Source of the DNA: Eledone cirrhosa
Taxonomy: Eukaryota
Length of the DNA: 64,000 nt
Assembly: GCA_964016885.1 (NCBI GenBank)
Contig: OZ024743.1
Span: 166,036,001 to 166,100,000 of the forward strand
Direction of reading: 5' to 3'
Part shown: piece after piece, positions 43,560 through 58,119 of the stretch
Numbering within the stretch: the stretch's first letter is position 1
How the letters are laid out: each line of letters begins with the position of its first letter
Notes under the pieces: model-generated
What the model was told of the DNA's origin: nothing
The model's database searches: none
The model's input: the letters and a program-made list of their open reading frames with translations, nothing else
Made by a program: the position numbers and the translations under genes

Positions 43560-46255
43560 TCCACAAAGATTTTATACCCCGAGACCCCAAACAGAAAGGG
43601 AGCAAACTGTAACAGTTGGAACGAGGAATATCACAACCCTTACAGATAAAGAGCAGGAACTAATAGAGGAGTTGAGATGCTACCGGCTGGATATAGTCGG
43701 GGTTTCCTCAACAAAATTCCGTGGTTCTGACACTGTAGATTTGGATGGAGGATGGAAAACTCCACTATTCAGGTGTGGTGCCCGAAGTGACTGCGCAGGA
43801 AGGAGTGGGGATACTCACAAGCTCTCAGCTGTCAGAATATGTTATGGACTGGATACCATTATGAGGGAGGATTTGCCTCTTGAATCAGAGGCTGAAAAAG
43901 AGATCTCTGTGGGTGGTGCAAGTTTATGCACCAAACAAGGAGTCCAAATACAGATCCTTCCTTGATGAAGACACTGCAGCATTAGATGTAGTTAAGGCTG
44001 AGTCATATCCTAATGGGAGACTTCAATGCACATGTTGGCACTGGTGATCTGACTTGGAAAGGAGTGATAGGAAGGAATGGTGACCCCGATCTAAATACAA
44101 ATGGAGAGGCCTTGCTGGACTTCTGTTCTAGTAATGGACTCTCTGTTATGAACACCTTCTTCCAGCACAGTAACATCCATAAATATACATGGTATAAGGG
44201 AAATCATGAACAGAAATCAATAACTGATTTTATAATGATCTCTGATCTCTTCAATTCTATGCTGGATGTACGTGTTAAGAGAAGGGCTGAGCTCTCAACT
44301 GATCACCATTTAGTTATCTGTAACTTGAAACTACCTAAAGCCAAAGAAGCCCACAAAACTGGCAGCTCCAGGGCGACCTACAGGATAAAGTGGGAAGCGT
44401 TGGTGGATAAGGAAGTCAGGACCAGGTATGCAGATACTATTGCATCTAAATTCAGAGAACTCCCTGAGCAAACTGAGGACGTTGTGACAGTGGAGATCGC
44501 TCATTACAGCAGTTTCTGTTTCAGCTGTTAAATGCTGCAAAAGAGGCTTGGTGTGGCAGGAGGACTCCTTGGTTCAATCAAGAGGTCAAAGATGCCATCC
44601 GGGCAGAGAAGGAGGCTTACAAATCTTGGCTTGGAAATAAGACTCCCTTCTTGTATTTGCAGTACAAAGAAGCACAGAAAATCGAAGCAGAGACAGTAAA
44701 AGCGTCCAAAGTTGGGGGACTTTGGGGTTAAGCTGGAATCTGACTTCAGATCAGCAAATAAAGTGTTCTGGCAGACCATCCGCTGACTTCATAAGAAGCC
44801 CTCCTCCACAGCTGCTATCAAGAACACGTCTGGCGTTCCCCTCTCTACAGAGAGGTGCATCCTCGCGAGGTGGAGAGAATACTTTGATTATCTCCTAAAC
44901 CTGATCACAACATCATCTTCAGATGTACACGAAGTGCATCTGGGAGGAATGACTAATCTAGCAGAAACTGAGGTCGCAAGAGCAGTTAAAGAGCTCAAAT
45001 GTGGCAAAGCCACTGGGGAAGATGAAATCCAGCCCAAGATGTTAAAAGCCTTAAATAGAGAAGGTATTCTCTGGTTGACTCGTGTGAGCCGGATGGCCTG
45101 GATCTCTGGAAAGGCACCTAAGGAATGGCAATCGGGGGTGATAATCCCAATTTTCAAAAAAGGAGACAAGAGAGATTGTTCCAATTACAAAGGTATCTCC
45201 TTGTTGTGCCTCCCCAGTGAAGTCTATGCTAAGTGTCTGGCAAAGAGATGTAGGGAGATTGTGAAGTCCAAGCTAGCTGATGAAGCACAGCACAGCCGAC
45301 CAAATAGTCACACTGTGACAGGTATTCGAGAAATCGTGGGAGTATTGATAAGATGTATATTATTGTTTTGTCGACCTTGAGAAGGCATACGACCACGTTC
45401 TTCAGGACCTGCTGTGGAAGGCTGTGCAGGAGTACGGGATTGATGGTCAGCTTCTTGCTGCCCTGATGTCTTTATACGAATGCCCGAGTATTTGACAGAA
45501 TATGATAGGTTTGATGACAAGTGCTGCATGGCTGGAATGAAAATAAGTGCAGCAAAAACTGAGAGAGACATTCATCCTCTCAAGGAAGCCTGCACAGTGC
45601 ACGCTATATGTGAATGGAGTTCCACTGAAGCAGGTAAAGAAGTTCAAGTATTATGGGGCCATGTTCATGAATGATGGAAGGCAGGAGGCTGAATGAAGTG
45701 CAAGAATTGCAAAAGCTGGTGCAGTAATGCGCCAGCTTCAGCATTCAGTAATCAGAAGAAGGGAAGTAGGTGTAAAAGCCAAACTCGTTATCTTCAATTC
45801 AGTTTTCGTGCCAGCCCTTATCTGTGGTCATGAATCTTGAGTAATGACCGAAAAAATACGATCGTGAATACAAGCAGTCAAAATAGGGTTCCTCCAAAGG
45901 GTCTTTGGAGTAACGTTACTCAATAACGTGCGTCGCTCGGAGATCAGAGTCACTCCCGGTAGAACCACTACTTCTCCGAATTGAGAGGTCACAGCTCCGA
46001 TACTATGGGCATATGGTGAGAATGTCTCAGGAAAGAATCGCTAGACAGATTTTACGAGCGAAACCTACAGGTAGGAGACCCAGAGCAAGATGGTTGGATA
46101 ACATCTATAAGCTTGGCTGCTCTCGTTTGGGGATCCAGCCGGATCAGCTGGAGATGGTTGCTTCTGACAGAACCCACTGGAAGGAATGTTTGAGGTCTCT
46201 GCCCCCACGACCCTCTCAGCAATAAGTGGGCGAAGAAAAGAAGAGAAGAAGGAGT
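43560..46255 (+). mobile_element. RTE-like LINE, near full length, decayed, with an internal RT deletion (same family as 11301-13700)
   Basis: VGTRNITTL, MGDFNAHVG, NTFFQH, STDHHLV, GKATGEDEI, PIFKKGDKRDCSNYKGISLL, LRYYGHMVRM. Confidence 0.88.
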
Positions 46256-46728
46256 AGGAACTAGACTTCTTGTATTCTTCATCTTGTAATCGTTTCGCTC
46301 ATTTCCTTAATAGCTTAGAGCTTTTTTCTTAACTTCTAATATAGTTTTTTATGTTATGTTCTGAAACCTGGGCCTCCCGATGCGTGAGATCACATCATCT
46401 TGGTGGATAGTTTGAGGGTAATGTCAAAGGTATACGGGAGAGGGTAAAGGCCTATTACGTAATGGGGTTGTAGTCGCTGCAGATAATAATAGATATTGTT
46501 TAATGCATATTCTTATACAGAAACTGTGTAATTTGACGGCTACAGCTTGGAAAATTCCATCTCCCGCATACTTATATTTAGAATGGGTTAGGCGTTGGGA
46601 AATATGGAATATGTGTGAGGCAGGGATAATGGAGGATGTTTTAGTTCTAATATAGGCATTTAGATCATGATTGGTTGTTTTACGAGTTTGAAAACCACTG
46701 TTTTGACTATTGTTGGCTTTGTTTTCTG

Positions 46729-47177
46729 AAATATTTAACATTAAGTCTTCAAGCAGAGTTCTTATGAGGCTATGGGACTCAAATAATAAGAAGCAAGAAT
46801 ATATATACATAAATAAGACAGTTATTGCCCCAACCAGTCTACTCACCTACATATACATACACATACATTACACGTATATACACTATATATACATACACTG
46901 GGTAATTGCTGGCCTTGTGCCAAAAGTAGAAACAATTATTTATGTAAAGGTCGTTCGATGAATGCTTTGCGTTTGTTCTGGGTGTCTGCATTCGGATTTG
47001 TTTGTTTGCATATATATATATAGTGTATATACGTGTAATGTATGTGTATGTATATGTAGGTGAATAGACTGGTTGAGGCAATAACTGTCTTATTTATGTA
47101 TATATATTCTTGCTTCTTATTATTTGAGTCCCATAACCTCATAAGAACTCTGCTTGAAGACTTAATGCTAAAAATTT
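46729..47177. repeat. Inverted duplication (~165-bp arms, 46729-46892 / 47010-47177) with a SINE A 3' fragment in the spacer
   Basis: TAAGTCTTCAAGCAGAGTTCTTATGAGG... and its reverse complement; SINE tail at ~46896-46940. Confidence 0.85.
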
Positions 47178-47604
47178 AGAGTATTTAGAGCAAAACCCAT
47201 AAATAGCAGGCTGCGAAATGGCGTTAGAACGTCAGATAGAATGCTTTGCAGTATTCGGTTGGGCTTTCTGCCCTTTGAATCCAAATGTCATTGAGGTCAA
47301 CTTTTCACTTAAAATGTTATAAATTAATGATATTATCAGGTTCTGGCAGCAGTAAATAAAGATCAGAGAAAAATAGTAATATGAAATCCTTTTTTCGTTA
47401 GTAGCAATATCTCACAATACTATACTCACATTTGGTTATAGAATTGCATATATGAAGATCAATATGGCATTATGACATCATTTTTTGTAGATCTATAGAA
47501 TCGCTTAGTTATCTTTCCAAAGACTCCTGTCATTTATTTTCCTTTTTTTTTGCGTACTACAAAGTGCCCATCTCGGGAATTTATTATAATTCCTGTCATT
47601 GCTT

Positions 47605-47880
47605 TGAACTTGAGAGATCACAGCTCTGATACTACAGGCAAGTGGTTAGAATGTCTGAGAAAAGAATTGCTGGACAGATTTTACGGGCAAAACCAACTGG
47701 CAGGAGACCCAGTGGTAAACCCCAAGCAAGATGGTTGGATAACAACCTTGAGCTTGGCTGGTCTCACTTGGGGATCCAGCTGGATCAGTTGGAAATGGTT
47801 GCTTCTGACAGGATCCACTGGAAGGAGTGTTTGAGCCCCCCAAGACGTTCTCAAGAAGAAGAAGAAGGTGGAGGTGGAGG
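47605..47880 (+). mobile_element. RTE-like LINE 3' fragment with (GAA) tail
   Basis: VRMSEKRIAGQILRAKPTGRRP..ARWLD matches 46013-46225. Confidence 0.85.
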
Positions 47881-48003
47881 AAGTTTTAACTACTAGTGCC
47901 AATAAAAGAATTGTTACATAGATGAACTGAGCGTAATTAAACACCACCAAACAGTTTCTGCCAAATTATAGTTTGGTATACTGTACAGTACTGTGTCAAT
48001 AAT

Positions 48004-48098
48004 TGTTTCTACTTTAGGCACAAAGCCAGCAATTACCCAGTACATTACTGGTACTTTATTTTATCGACCCCGTAAGGATGAAAGGCAAAGTTAACCTC
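48004..48098 (-). mobile_element. SINE family A, 5'-truncated
   Basis: Reverse complement of SINE core and tail. Confidence 0.85.
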
Positions 48099-49502
48099 AA
48101 TGTTCTGTAGCAAGAATCGATTGACTACTGATCAAAAAGAAATTTACATTCCTAAATCTATTTCAAGCATAATCAGCAAAAATATTCAGCGTTAACTGAA
48201 TACTGTTACTCCCAGGTCTCGAATAATCTCTCACACCCCTCTGCTCTTATTTCACTACCCCTCCCCTCTTATAAAATTTTGCAACTCTATCTCTGGTGAA
48301 ATGATTTTAAGTGGTAGCAATCCTGTGACAATAAATTTTCTTTAGACATTAAAAAAAAACATTATATATGACAAAAAGAACATTACTAGAAATCCCATAT
48401 TTTATAAATTAATAGAATGGGTTGGGGTCTCAATATGTAAACTGACTAATTCTGATTTTTGAAAAAAATCAAGGGAGACAACCTAGAAAAAAATTATCGA
48501 TTTTCCACCTCACTCCTGCTTATTCCAAACCACTCCATATTATTTGAAACCTGAGACTAAGTGACAGCTTAGACCACATTAGCAGTTGGCTATGCAACTG
48601 ATTGGCAAGAACTCATTCACCAACACACTCCAGCCTCAGGCATAGACCTGTTATGGCCTCACTCTGTATATTGACAACTGGGACCACATTTGCACCTGGC
48701 TATGGCTTCTCTTGTTTTTTCTATTGCTACTATAATAGTCTCTGCTCTTCGGAATTTATTACTACATGCCACCTCTGCAGACATTCCTGTCTATCCCCTC
48801 ATAACTTGTATTGTGTTCATTAATACTCTACAATTCCCACACTAATCTCTATATACTGTCCACCAATACTCTACACCTTTGCTGTGTAGCAGCATTGGGG
48901 AAATATCAAAAGTAATAGCAATAGTTGTATAATGTTATGACCTGCCAGATGATTTGGTGTGAGTGAATGTGGAATGTTGGTGGAAAATATAGGCTTAGTA
49001 ATTTTCTTAGTATGGTCAGAGCAAGAAGTATAAACAAAAAACTAGGTCAGTCTGCTTATCAAACTATAACCTAAAAAAAGGGCACACATTGTAAAGCTAC
49101 TCTAGGATTCTAAAAACCCAGGTGCCAGTCCTGAGTTTGGTGAAGGTTATTCTGTTGGTGAGGTGAGAATATGACTATTTAATGCTCCTGGCATTAAATG
49201 TTAGCAGTAACTTAACTTTATTTCTCATGTGGATGAGTCTTTATAATATTTATTCTACCAAAAAAGTATGTAGCATTGCTTTAGATTTTTTCAGGAGAAA
49301 TTCCAAGTTATATGAACAAGAGCAAAATTTGTTTCAAATAAATCTACAATTGTAACAGTTTCTCAATGAAACTTCAACCTTTTTTTTTTTACTAACATTT
49401 CAGAATATTTAGCAAACTACGTGCCTTAAAAACCATATTTTTTTTATCAAAACTGTCAAGCACAACATTAGGCTAGACATATAACATGATATAGCTAATA
49501 AC

Positions 49503-49688
49503 TGTTTCTACTTTTGGCACAAGGCCATCAATTACCCAGTACATTACTGGTACTTTATTTTATCGACCCCGTAAGGATGAAAGGCAAAGTTAACCTCGGC
49601 GGGATTTGAACTCAGACCGTAAAGGGAGGACGTAACTATGCTGGAAAGCATGGCGTCTGACTCTCTACCGATACTACCAATCCACACC
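49503..49688 (-). mobile_element. SINE family A, full length
   Basis: Matches 5676-5860; GCTAATAAC on both sides (likely TSD). Confidence 0.88.
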
Positions 49689-50069
49689 CGCTAATAACAT
49701 TTTCCAAACACACTTCTCAGCTAATACTTTTTCAGAAACACTATATCTCTCTGCTAATATCATTTCACAAACACCACATGAGAAAGTGAAACAAATGACA
49801 CCCAGAACGGTTAAACTAATTAATTATATCAAACAGATTCCAGGATTTGAAGCACTTCAGATATTCCTCTAACCTCCTACTCCTGGTGGTTGTTAGTATG
49901 TAATATAACTACAACTTGATAATCTCTGTTTTCTCTCATATTGGAGGATGGTGTGGCTTTCTTGTTTGTTTAGGAGGAATTATAAGTGCAAGTCAGCAGT
50001 TGGTATATTCTAAATATTTTGTTTATGGGTTGGGGCAATCAACAGTCTCACTTGCATGCATCTACCACA

Positions 50070-50210
50070 ACACACCTCCTACCCCTACATTTATCACATA
50101 CCTCCTACCCCTACATCTACCACTAACTTCCTACTCCTACATCTATCACATATCTCCTACCGCTACATCTACTACAACATACCTCCTACCCCTACATTCA
50201 TCTATCACAA
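50070..50210. repeat. ~26-bp minisatellite (CCTCCTACCCCTACATCTATCACATA-like), about 5 units
   Basis: Direct reading. Confidence 0.8.
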
Positions 50211-51886
50211 CATTATGCAAACATCTAACTTTATTTTTAGAGCATGTTTCTTTTCACAATTAATACAAATTCCTATAACATTTTACATATGTTATACACT
50301 CAGCTCTAACCTAAATTTCTTTCTATTTTATACATATCAATGAGGAATATTTTTGTTGAGGAACAGATACTTATTTTGTATTCTGGAATTAAGTGTATAT
50401 GATTTCTTGTTGTTTAGCAGCCAAATCTCCCTCTAATCACACACCTAAATGAGGAAGGAAACATTGTATTTGTACGTAGACCCCCTAAAAAAATGCAGTG
50501 ATTATGGCTGGATTGCTTTTCGCTATAATGTTGACCACGTAGTTAAACGACAACACAGTATACTGTAATTTACATATGACATTTCATATCCAAACAAGGT
50601 TCAAATTTAACTTAACACCTCCTTACCTCCTTGTTTCTTTTACCAACAATGTGTTAATGAAAACAAGCTGTTGAAAAAGTTAAATGGAGTTGATTTTAAA
50701 TCTCATATTTCATCTTCAATTCTTTAGAAATCTCTAACTAGTAAATATTCACATTCAAAAGACAGTAATGATGATAAGAATTAAGATGTTTTCCTTAATT
50801 TTCATTTTGGCAGATTAATTGCCTCTGTATTTGTTCTGGCTCTACTTCAAGTTCAAATTTTGCTGTGGTTGATTTCACCTTTCATCCTTTTGGTGTCAAT
50901 AAATAAAGCACCAGTCCAATATTGGGGGTAATTCTTCCCCCCTCCCACCCTCTCTGAGATGGATGGTCTCAGTCTGGTTTTAATGCCCAAAAATGCTGTG
51001 TCAAGACAGTGCCCCTATGACTCCATTAGTAGTTAAGGGTCCTTTCCACTAGTTTATGAATAACTAATGGGTTATAGTTCCTTTCTCTCTTCCTTTTGTC
51101 AGTCTTGGAAATACTGCAGATGTCATGACCAATGCCATCACCTTTTCTCTTTGACTACACCAAAAATATTATAATCTATCTACAAATGCACAATTTACCA
51201 GAACTGTATAAAAATGAACCATGGCAATTTTAAGAGAATGATAGTGATGTAAAAGTTTTGATCTCCTTGCCTAAACAACTCACAAGGAGCCAATTAAGTG
51301 TTTGATCAGGCTGCTAGAAATAGCAACTATATGTCCCTCAAATCAAATTCTGTATTACTTGTAAGACCATGGATCTGCATCAGGAAATTTCCAGATCAAG
51401 GCACAAGATTCAACAAAGTCCTTTTTGTGGAATACCAACAACCACCCATACATATGCCTGTCTTCCCTCTTCATGTCACCAACATTGTCCATGTGAAAGG
51501 CAAAGTCCAAAACAGTTTGGTACCAGTGTTTTGGCAGACATTGCTGTCAAAATGTAAAGAGTCAGAATAGCTATCATAAAACACATTCTCTGATATTATA
51601 ATAATTCTGTTAATCCACCACTCTACATAATTTATTGAGCTCAAAAGGGTGAAAAATAAAGTTGATTGGCGAAGGATTTGGAATCGGAGTTGAAACAACT
51701 ATCGCAAAGTGTTTTATGTAAAGCTTTAATGGCTTTACCTATTCGCCACCTTAGTCAGGCATTACTGTCTTAAAAGAAAATGAAGTGTGGATACAGAGTA
51801 CACTGTATCAAGAGAAAAATAGCCAGGGTTGTCACAGCTGAAATACTTTTGATCTCAGTTCTGCAACAGCAACTGCATTATATAAT

Positions 51887-54830
51887 CATCATCATCATCG
51901 TTTAACGTCTATCTTCCACGCTAGCATGGGTTTAGATGGGAATTGTCCCACTTGAGGCAAGATTGGTCATCTCGCTCGTATAGGACTGTCTGGCAGGTTT
52001 TCTACGGCAGGATGCCCTTCCTAACACCAACCACGTTTACAGTGTGGTACTGGGAGATTTTTACCGTGTTACCTACACGGCCACATTACAGCATGGACTG
52101 TGTGTTTTTTTGTCGTGACAAATACACGACCTCATTTATTTAGGACTAGATGTTGTGGCACCAACATAACTTTAGGTATAGATGGGGGTGGGGGTAAGGG
52201 TAGTGGGATGGGGTGTATTTTTGATTAAGAGGTGCCTACTGGCTGTAGGTTGCGCTTTGTACTTAGGCAAGGCGGGTTTTCTGTATTACTGCGTAGCGCC
52301 AAAGATCTCGGTGCAGTGACATTGTCTTAGAGAGGTGTGTGTAAGGTCAGAATTTATCAGGTTTTTCTGGGTCTGCCTACTCCGTAAATACCATCAATTT
52401 TGATCGCCCTGCACTTTTTTATACAGCTGTCATCTTTCATGCGCATCACGTGACCATACCAATGTAGTCTCCTCTCAAGTAAACAGCATCTGATACCTCT
52501 TATTCCTAATTTCTCACTTAATTCCTTTATGCTTTGCTGTTCACGTATATTACTATTACAAATCCAGCAGAGCATGCATGCTTCATTCCTCTCCAGTCTG
52601 CGTATATCCTCTGCACACAATGTCCATGTCTCACTGTCATGTAACATTGATGTTCGCAGGCATCATACAGTTTACCTTTCATTTTTAGAGAGAAACCTTT
52701 AGTGGGCAATAGTGGTATAAGCTCTCTGAACTTTTTCCATCCCGTTCTGACTCTAGCTACTGTACTTTCAGAGCACCCTCCACCACTGCTGATTTTGTCA
52801 CCCAAGTAACGGAAGCTGTCCACTATTTCTACAGAACCATCTGGGCAATAGAAGGAGCTAGTGTCATGTGGGCACTTGCTGCTACCTATTGCACCGGCCA
52901 CATATAAAATCTACGTTCTTAGTTAGCTTACCTGTGATCCCACTACATCTTTTATGTACCCATACTTTGCATTTGGGACATAAAATGGAATTTCTGCCTA
53001 CTCCTTTCCTACACACTGAGCATGGCAATTTCCCAGAGGGTACCTGTGCCCTATTTTCCTGTTACATACTAGAACTTTAGTCTTAGACAAGTTAACTTTA
53101 AGGCCTTTGATTCTAGGCCATGCTTCCATGTTTGGAATTTCTTCTGTAGTTCAGCCATCGATTCAGCTATGAGCGTTAGATCATCTGCGTATAGGAGTTC
53201 CCATGGGCAGCCGGTCTTGAACTCCTCTGTTATAGCCTGAAGGGCAATAATAAATAGGAGGGGGATAAGGACAGAGCCCTGATGAACACCAACTTTTACA
53301 CTAAATTCTTCACTATATTCGTTGTTAATTCTAACCTTACTGACTGTTTCTTTATACATGGCTTGTATAGCTCTCACAAGCCATTCATCAACACCTAGTT
53401 TTCTAAGGGCCCACCAGATAATGGTGCGGGGACTCTGTCAAATGCTTTCTCCAAGTCAACAAAAGCTAAGTATAGGGGTTTACTTTTAGCTAGGTAGTTC
53501 TCCTGTAGTTGTCGTACAAGGAAAAGGGTGTCTGTAGTACTTTTACCTGACACAAACCCAAACTGCATTTCGTCTAGATCAATTCGCTCTCTGATTAGTT
53601 GCGCTATAACTTTTTCTGTGACCTTCATGACCTGGTCAATTAATTTAATGCCTCTATAGTTTCCTTTATCTAGTGCAGCTCCTTTACCCTTGTAGCAGTT
53701 AATGATGATGCTGCTATGCCAGTTATTTGGTATGACCCCGTTCTGTATGACTTGGTTTACTATCCGGGTGATCATAGTGTGTCCCACCATTCCAGGTGCT
53801 TTTAGCATTTCAGCAACTATCTCCAAAGGCCCAGCTGCCTTGCCTGTCTTCATATCTTTGATTGCCTTACTTATTATACTACCTTCAACTTGCACTGCTG
53901 GTCTCTCTATTGGATCGAGGTGAGGCAGACTATTTTTGTCCCATTTATTCCCCTCATTTAGTAGCTTCTCGTAGTGACTCTTCCAAGCTACCTTCTTATC
54001 AGCATCAGTGATGGCAAGTACACCATCATCATTATGGACACACTTCTCCCCGACAATATCACGGTTTTCCTTGACACATTGCCTAGCAATCCTGAACACC
54101 TCACGTTGTAGAACATGCTTGAACTTTCTTTCCTCTGCTTCCCTTCTTGCAAAGTACACTTGTCTCCTAGCTTCCCTCCTGGCCACTTGATAGTCTTCTC
54201 TACTTCCCCTATCCCGCCATACTTTCCAAGCCTGCTTTTTGGCCTTAATTGACTCCTCCACCTTACTGTTCCACCACCACGTTACTCTCCTCCTGCCTAT
54301 AGGCCTGCTCCAGCCACAGACATCATCTGCCGCCTTCAGCAATTCCCACTGTTCCTCTATATTGTACGACTCTAATTGCTCTTCCTTACTGTCAAAAGCA
54401 TCAAGTAATATGCTTTTAAATTTATTACTGGCTGTGGGGTTCTTTAGCTTCCATATTTTTCTCCTGAGGATAGTCCTCCTCTGTTGTCGAGTACGTCTTG
54501 TCCTGACTATGAGGTCGCTGACTATGAGTCTATGTTGGGAGATGCATTCTTCATGGGGGAAATATTTAGTGTTTACAACAGACACTCTATCACATCTTCT
54601 GGTAAGGATATAATCTATCTGACTGGCGTGTTCCCCTGATCTCTAGGTGATCAAGTGATTGTTTCGGTGTTACAGATAATTAGGTTATTTGCGTCACAGA
54701 ATTCCAGGATTCTGGAGCCTCCCTCATTTCTAGTACCAAACCCATAGCCTCCATGGATTCCGTCATAGCCATCACAATGTTGTCCGTGACCATTTAGGTC
54801 GCCAACAATAATTATGTAGTCACTGTCGGT
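51887..54830 (-). mobile_element. Second RTE-type LINE family (RT and 3' end with (ATG)n tail), decayed
   Basis: NYRGIKL, MQFGF, FVDLEKAFDRVP, GVHQGSVL, LLYADDL, FRYLG, RRLHWYGHVMRM, GRPRKT; CATCATCAT tail at ~51887. Confidence 0.88.
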
Positions 54831-54868
<38 letters not shown>

Positions 54869-55479
54869 TATATCCATACATACACATACACATAAATACT
54901 CAAACACACACATATATATATATATATACACACACATACATATACACACGTACATACACACACATACATACACACATATACATGCATACATATGCACACA
55001 CATATATAGATATACACACACCTACATACGCACACACACAATTAATTATGAAAAAATAAAAAACAATGAACAACCATATAATGCAATAGGCCGTCACATA
55101 AAAATTAAAAATATACGACTTAAGAAAATAAAAATTATTATAAAGTTGACAGCGATACAGGAAAGGACACAAATAAATAAACAAACACACGCGGTAAGCA
55201 ATACACACATCTACACACACACATACATACATATAAATATATACATACACACACACATATATACATATATACACACACACATATATATCATCATCATCAT
55301 CATTTTACGTCCGCTTTTCCCTGCTTGCAAGGGTGGGACGGGAACTGATTCTGGCTGGATGCTTTTTTTCCGTGGCGCCTACACGTCCACTTTACAGTGT
55401 GGGCTGGGTGCTCTTTTGCCGTTGCACCTCCACGACAACTTTGCAGTGGAATGATATGGACCCCAGTCCCTATCATCTC

Positions 55480-55612
55480 ATTTCTACAGCTGAATAAACT
55501 GGAGCAATGTGAAATAAAGTGTCTTGCTCAAGGAAACAACACATCACCTGATCTGAGAATTGAACTCACAACCTTTCGATTGCAAGGCTAATGCTCAAAC
55601 CACTAAGCCATG
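55480..55612 (-). mobile_element. tRNA-derived SINE, family B, 5' part
   Basis: Minus strand TGGCTTAGTGGTT..GAGTTCAATTC..TCCTTGAGCAAGACACTT; A and B boxes. Confidence 0.65.
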
Positions 55613-55904
55613 TACCTCCTATATATATATATATATAGTGGTGGAACACTGGAAGGTAATATCCGTGGTGGTAGAGCACTCAGTCCAAGGGACGAGTTAG
55701 GTAGAAGTGGTTACACAACAGTTAGTTCACCATACCGAGAACAATTGTTTCACCTTCGCGGATCTTCAGCTCGGGATGTGTATGGTTATAGGAACAGGAA
55801 GGACAACCGTACGAACGAGTATGCTCAGAAACTTGGTCACTTCACTCAGGCAATACTAGACTGCGTGCGGGAGGTGTAAGGGAGATAACTGCGAAAGTCC
55901 TCAT

Positions 55905-57250
55905 ATTTTTGGTCCTCGCGTTGTAGAACATGCTTGAACTTTCTTTCCTCTGCTTCCCTTCTTGCGAAGTATACTTGTCTCCTAGCTTCCCTCCTAGCCA
56001 CTTGATAGTCTTCTCTACTTCCCCCATCCCGCCATACTTTCCAAGCCTGCTTTTTGGCCTTAATTGACTCCTCCACCTTACTGTTCCACCACCAAGTTAC
56101 TCTCCTCCTTCCTATAGGCCTGCTGCAGCCACAGACATCATCTGTCGCCTTCAGCAGGTTAACTTTCAGGAATTCCCACTGTTCCTCTATATTGTACGTC
56201 TCAAATTGCTCTTCCTTACTGTCAAAAGCATCAAGTAAGATGCTTTTAAATTTGTTACTGGCTGTGGGGTTCTTTAACTTCCATATCCTTCTCCTTAGGG
56301 TAGTCCTCCTCTGTTGTCGAGTACGTTTCGCCCTAACTATGAGGCTATGTTGGGAGGTGCATTCTTTACGGGGGGGGGGGGGGGGTTAGTGTTTACAACA
56401 GACACTCTGTCACGTCTTCTGGTAAGGATATAATCTATCTGACTGGTGTGTTCCCCTGATCTATAGGTGATCAACTGATTGTCTTGTTTTTTGAAGTTTG
56501 TGTTACAGATAGTTAGGTTATTTGCATCACAGAATTCCAGGATTCTGGAGCCTTCCTCATTTCTAGTACCAAACCCATAGCCTCCATGGATTCCATCATA
56601 ACCATCACAATGTTGTCCAACGTGACCATTTAGGTCGCCAGCAATAATTATGTAGTCACTGTCGGTTATTTTGGAGGTAGTGAACATTAGCGATTCATAG
56701 AATCTGTCTTTTATAACGCCAGGCAGTCCGGATTGGGGTGCATACGCGGATTTTATTGTCACAGTAGTTCTATTTAGGACAAGTCTTATTTTAATTATTG
56801 TCGTTCACTCTATTTACGGCAATTATCTTATCTACCCATTTTTCTGCTAACATGATTCCTATTCCACCCAGCCCATTGTCATTTCCCACCCAGAAAAGTT
56901 TATAGCATCGTTTTTTATCCACAATGAATCTAGCAGACCCACCCCTCCACTTGTCCTCTTGAACGCAGCAAACATCAACTTCCTTACATTCAAGCATCTC
57001 TACAACCTCGTTAGAACGACCTTTTAAAGTGCCTACATTCATGAAGTTTTGGATTGCGTTTGGTGGGTGGGAAGGATGAGGCACAGGGAGGGGTGAGGGA
57101 GATAGGGTTATGTTAGCCATCCGCGGCCAAAATAAAGAGGAGTCCTCGCATTCTCGTCCAGCAACATGAGATGAATTTATCTTTATCTTTGACATTGTCA
57201 TTGAGTGTCCCGATTTTTCACTCTCCAGAATTCAATAGTCCATCTAGCAT
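55905..57250 (-). mobile_element. RTE-type LINE 5' part (APE endonuclease), overlapping in content with 54100-54830
   Basis: NVGTLKGR, CCVQEDKWRG, SAYAPQSG, AGDLNGHVG, SQIDYIL. Confidence 0.85.
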
Positions 57251-58119
57251 ATCGAAAAGCAACTAGGTCTAAACTTAAGGAGTGATAGCCGAGGCGGTGG
57301 TTTTGTGAAAGAGATTGGTAAGAGAAACATATTATAAGCTGCTGAATTATGATTGGATCAAATAATAATGGGGGGGGGGGGGGGAGTTAGCGAGAAGGGT
57401 ATTTTATAATATAATCTTAGAAATTCAGCCATAATTAAATGAGCATATAACAGTAATAAGAGTTTAAATACAAGTAGAAGATTGTTTTCAAGAGTCTGAC
57501 AGAATTATGGGAGTTTAAAATACAAGAAGATTGTTTTGAAGGTTTGACAGAATTATTGAATAACATTGAAAAGATTGGATTCTAAGTTAAACAGATGATA
57601 TAATACTGATAGTTAAATGGACTCGGAACATGGAGAGACAAGAAAATAGGGCGAAATACATTACATTTCTCAAAAACAAGCGTTCGGCCAAGATAAGGGA
57701 TCGACAAACTCTGAGATTCGTAGCTCACAACAGGTTTATTTTATATATGCGGAGAGAGAGAGAAGGAGAGAGGGAGGAGGTGAGAGAACCTGCAGGCATA
57801 TATATTATATATGAGGGGGACAGAGAAGGGAGTAGGAAGAAGTTTTGCGAAACGTCTAGGTTATTTTATAATACAATATAATATAATATATATATAACCT
57901 GACTTGTTTCATAATGTGACAACACAAATAACCCATACAAGCATGGAAAATAGATGTTAAACTGTAATAATGTTGATGATGATGATATCTGTCTGTCCAC
58001 CACCACCACCACCATAGTATAGTAAACGACCACCACAACAATGACCACAATGACGGCACATTGTATAAGAGAGTGTATGTGTCTCTGAAGGTGTGTGTGT
58101 TTGCGAGTTTGTTACATAC

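Noticed and set aside
51360-51543. Possible host exon on the minus strand (TTTTGACAG acceptor, open frame QCLPKHWYQ..DPWSY)
   Set aside because: Weak donor, no recognisable protein, no partner exons; could equally be a decayed LINE 3' end.
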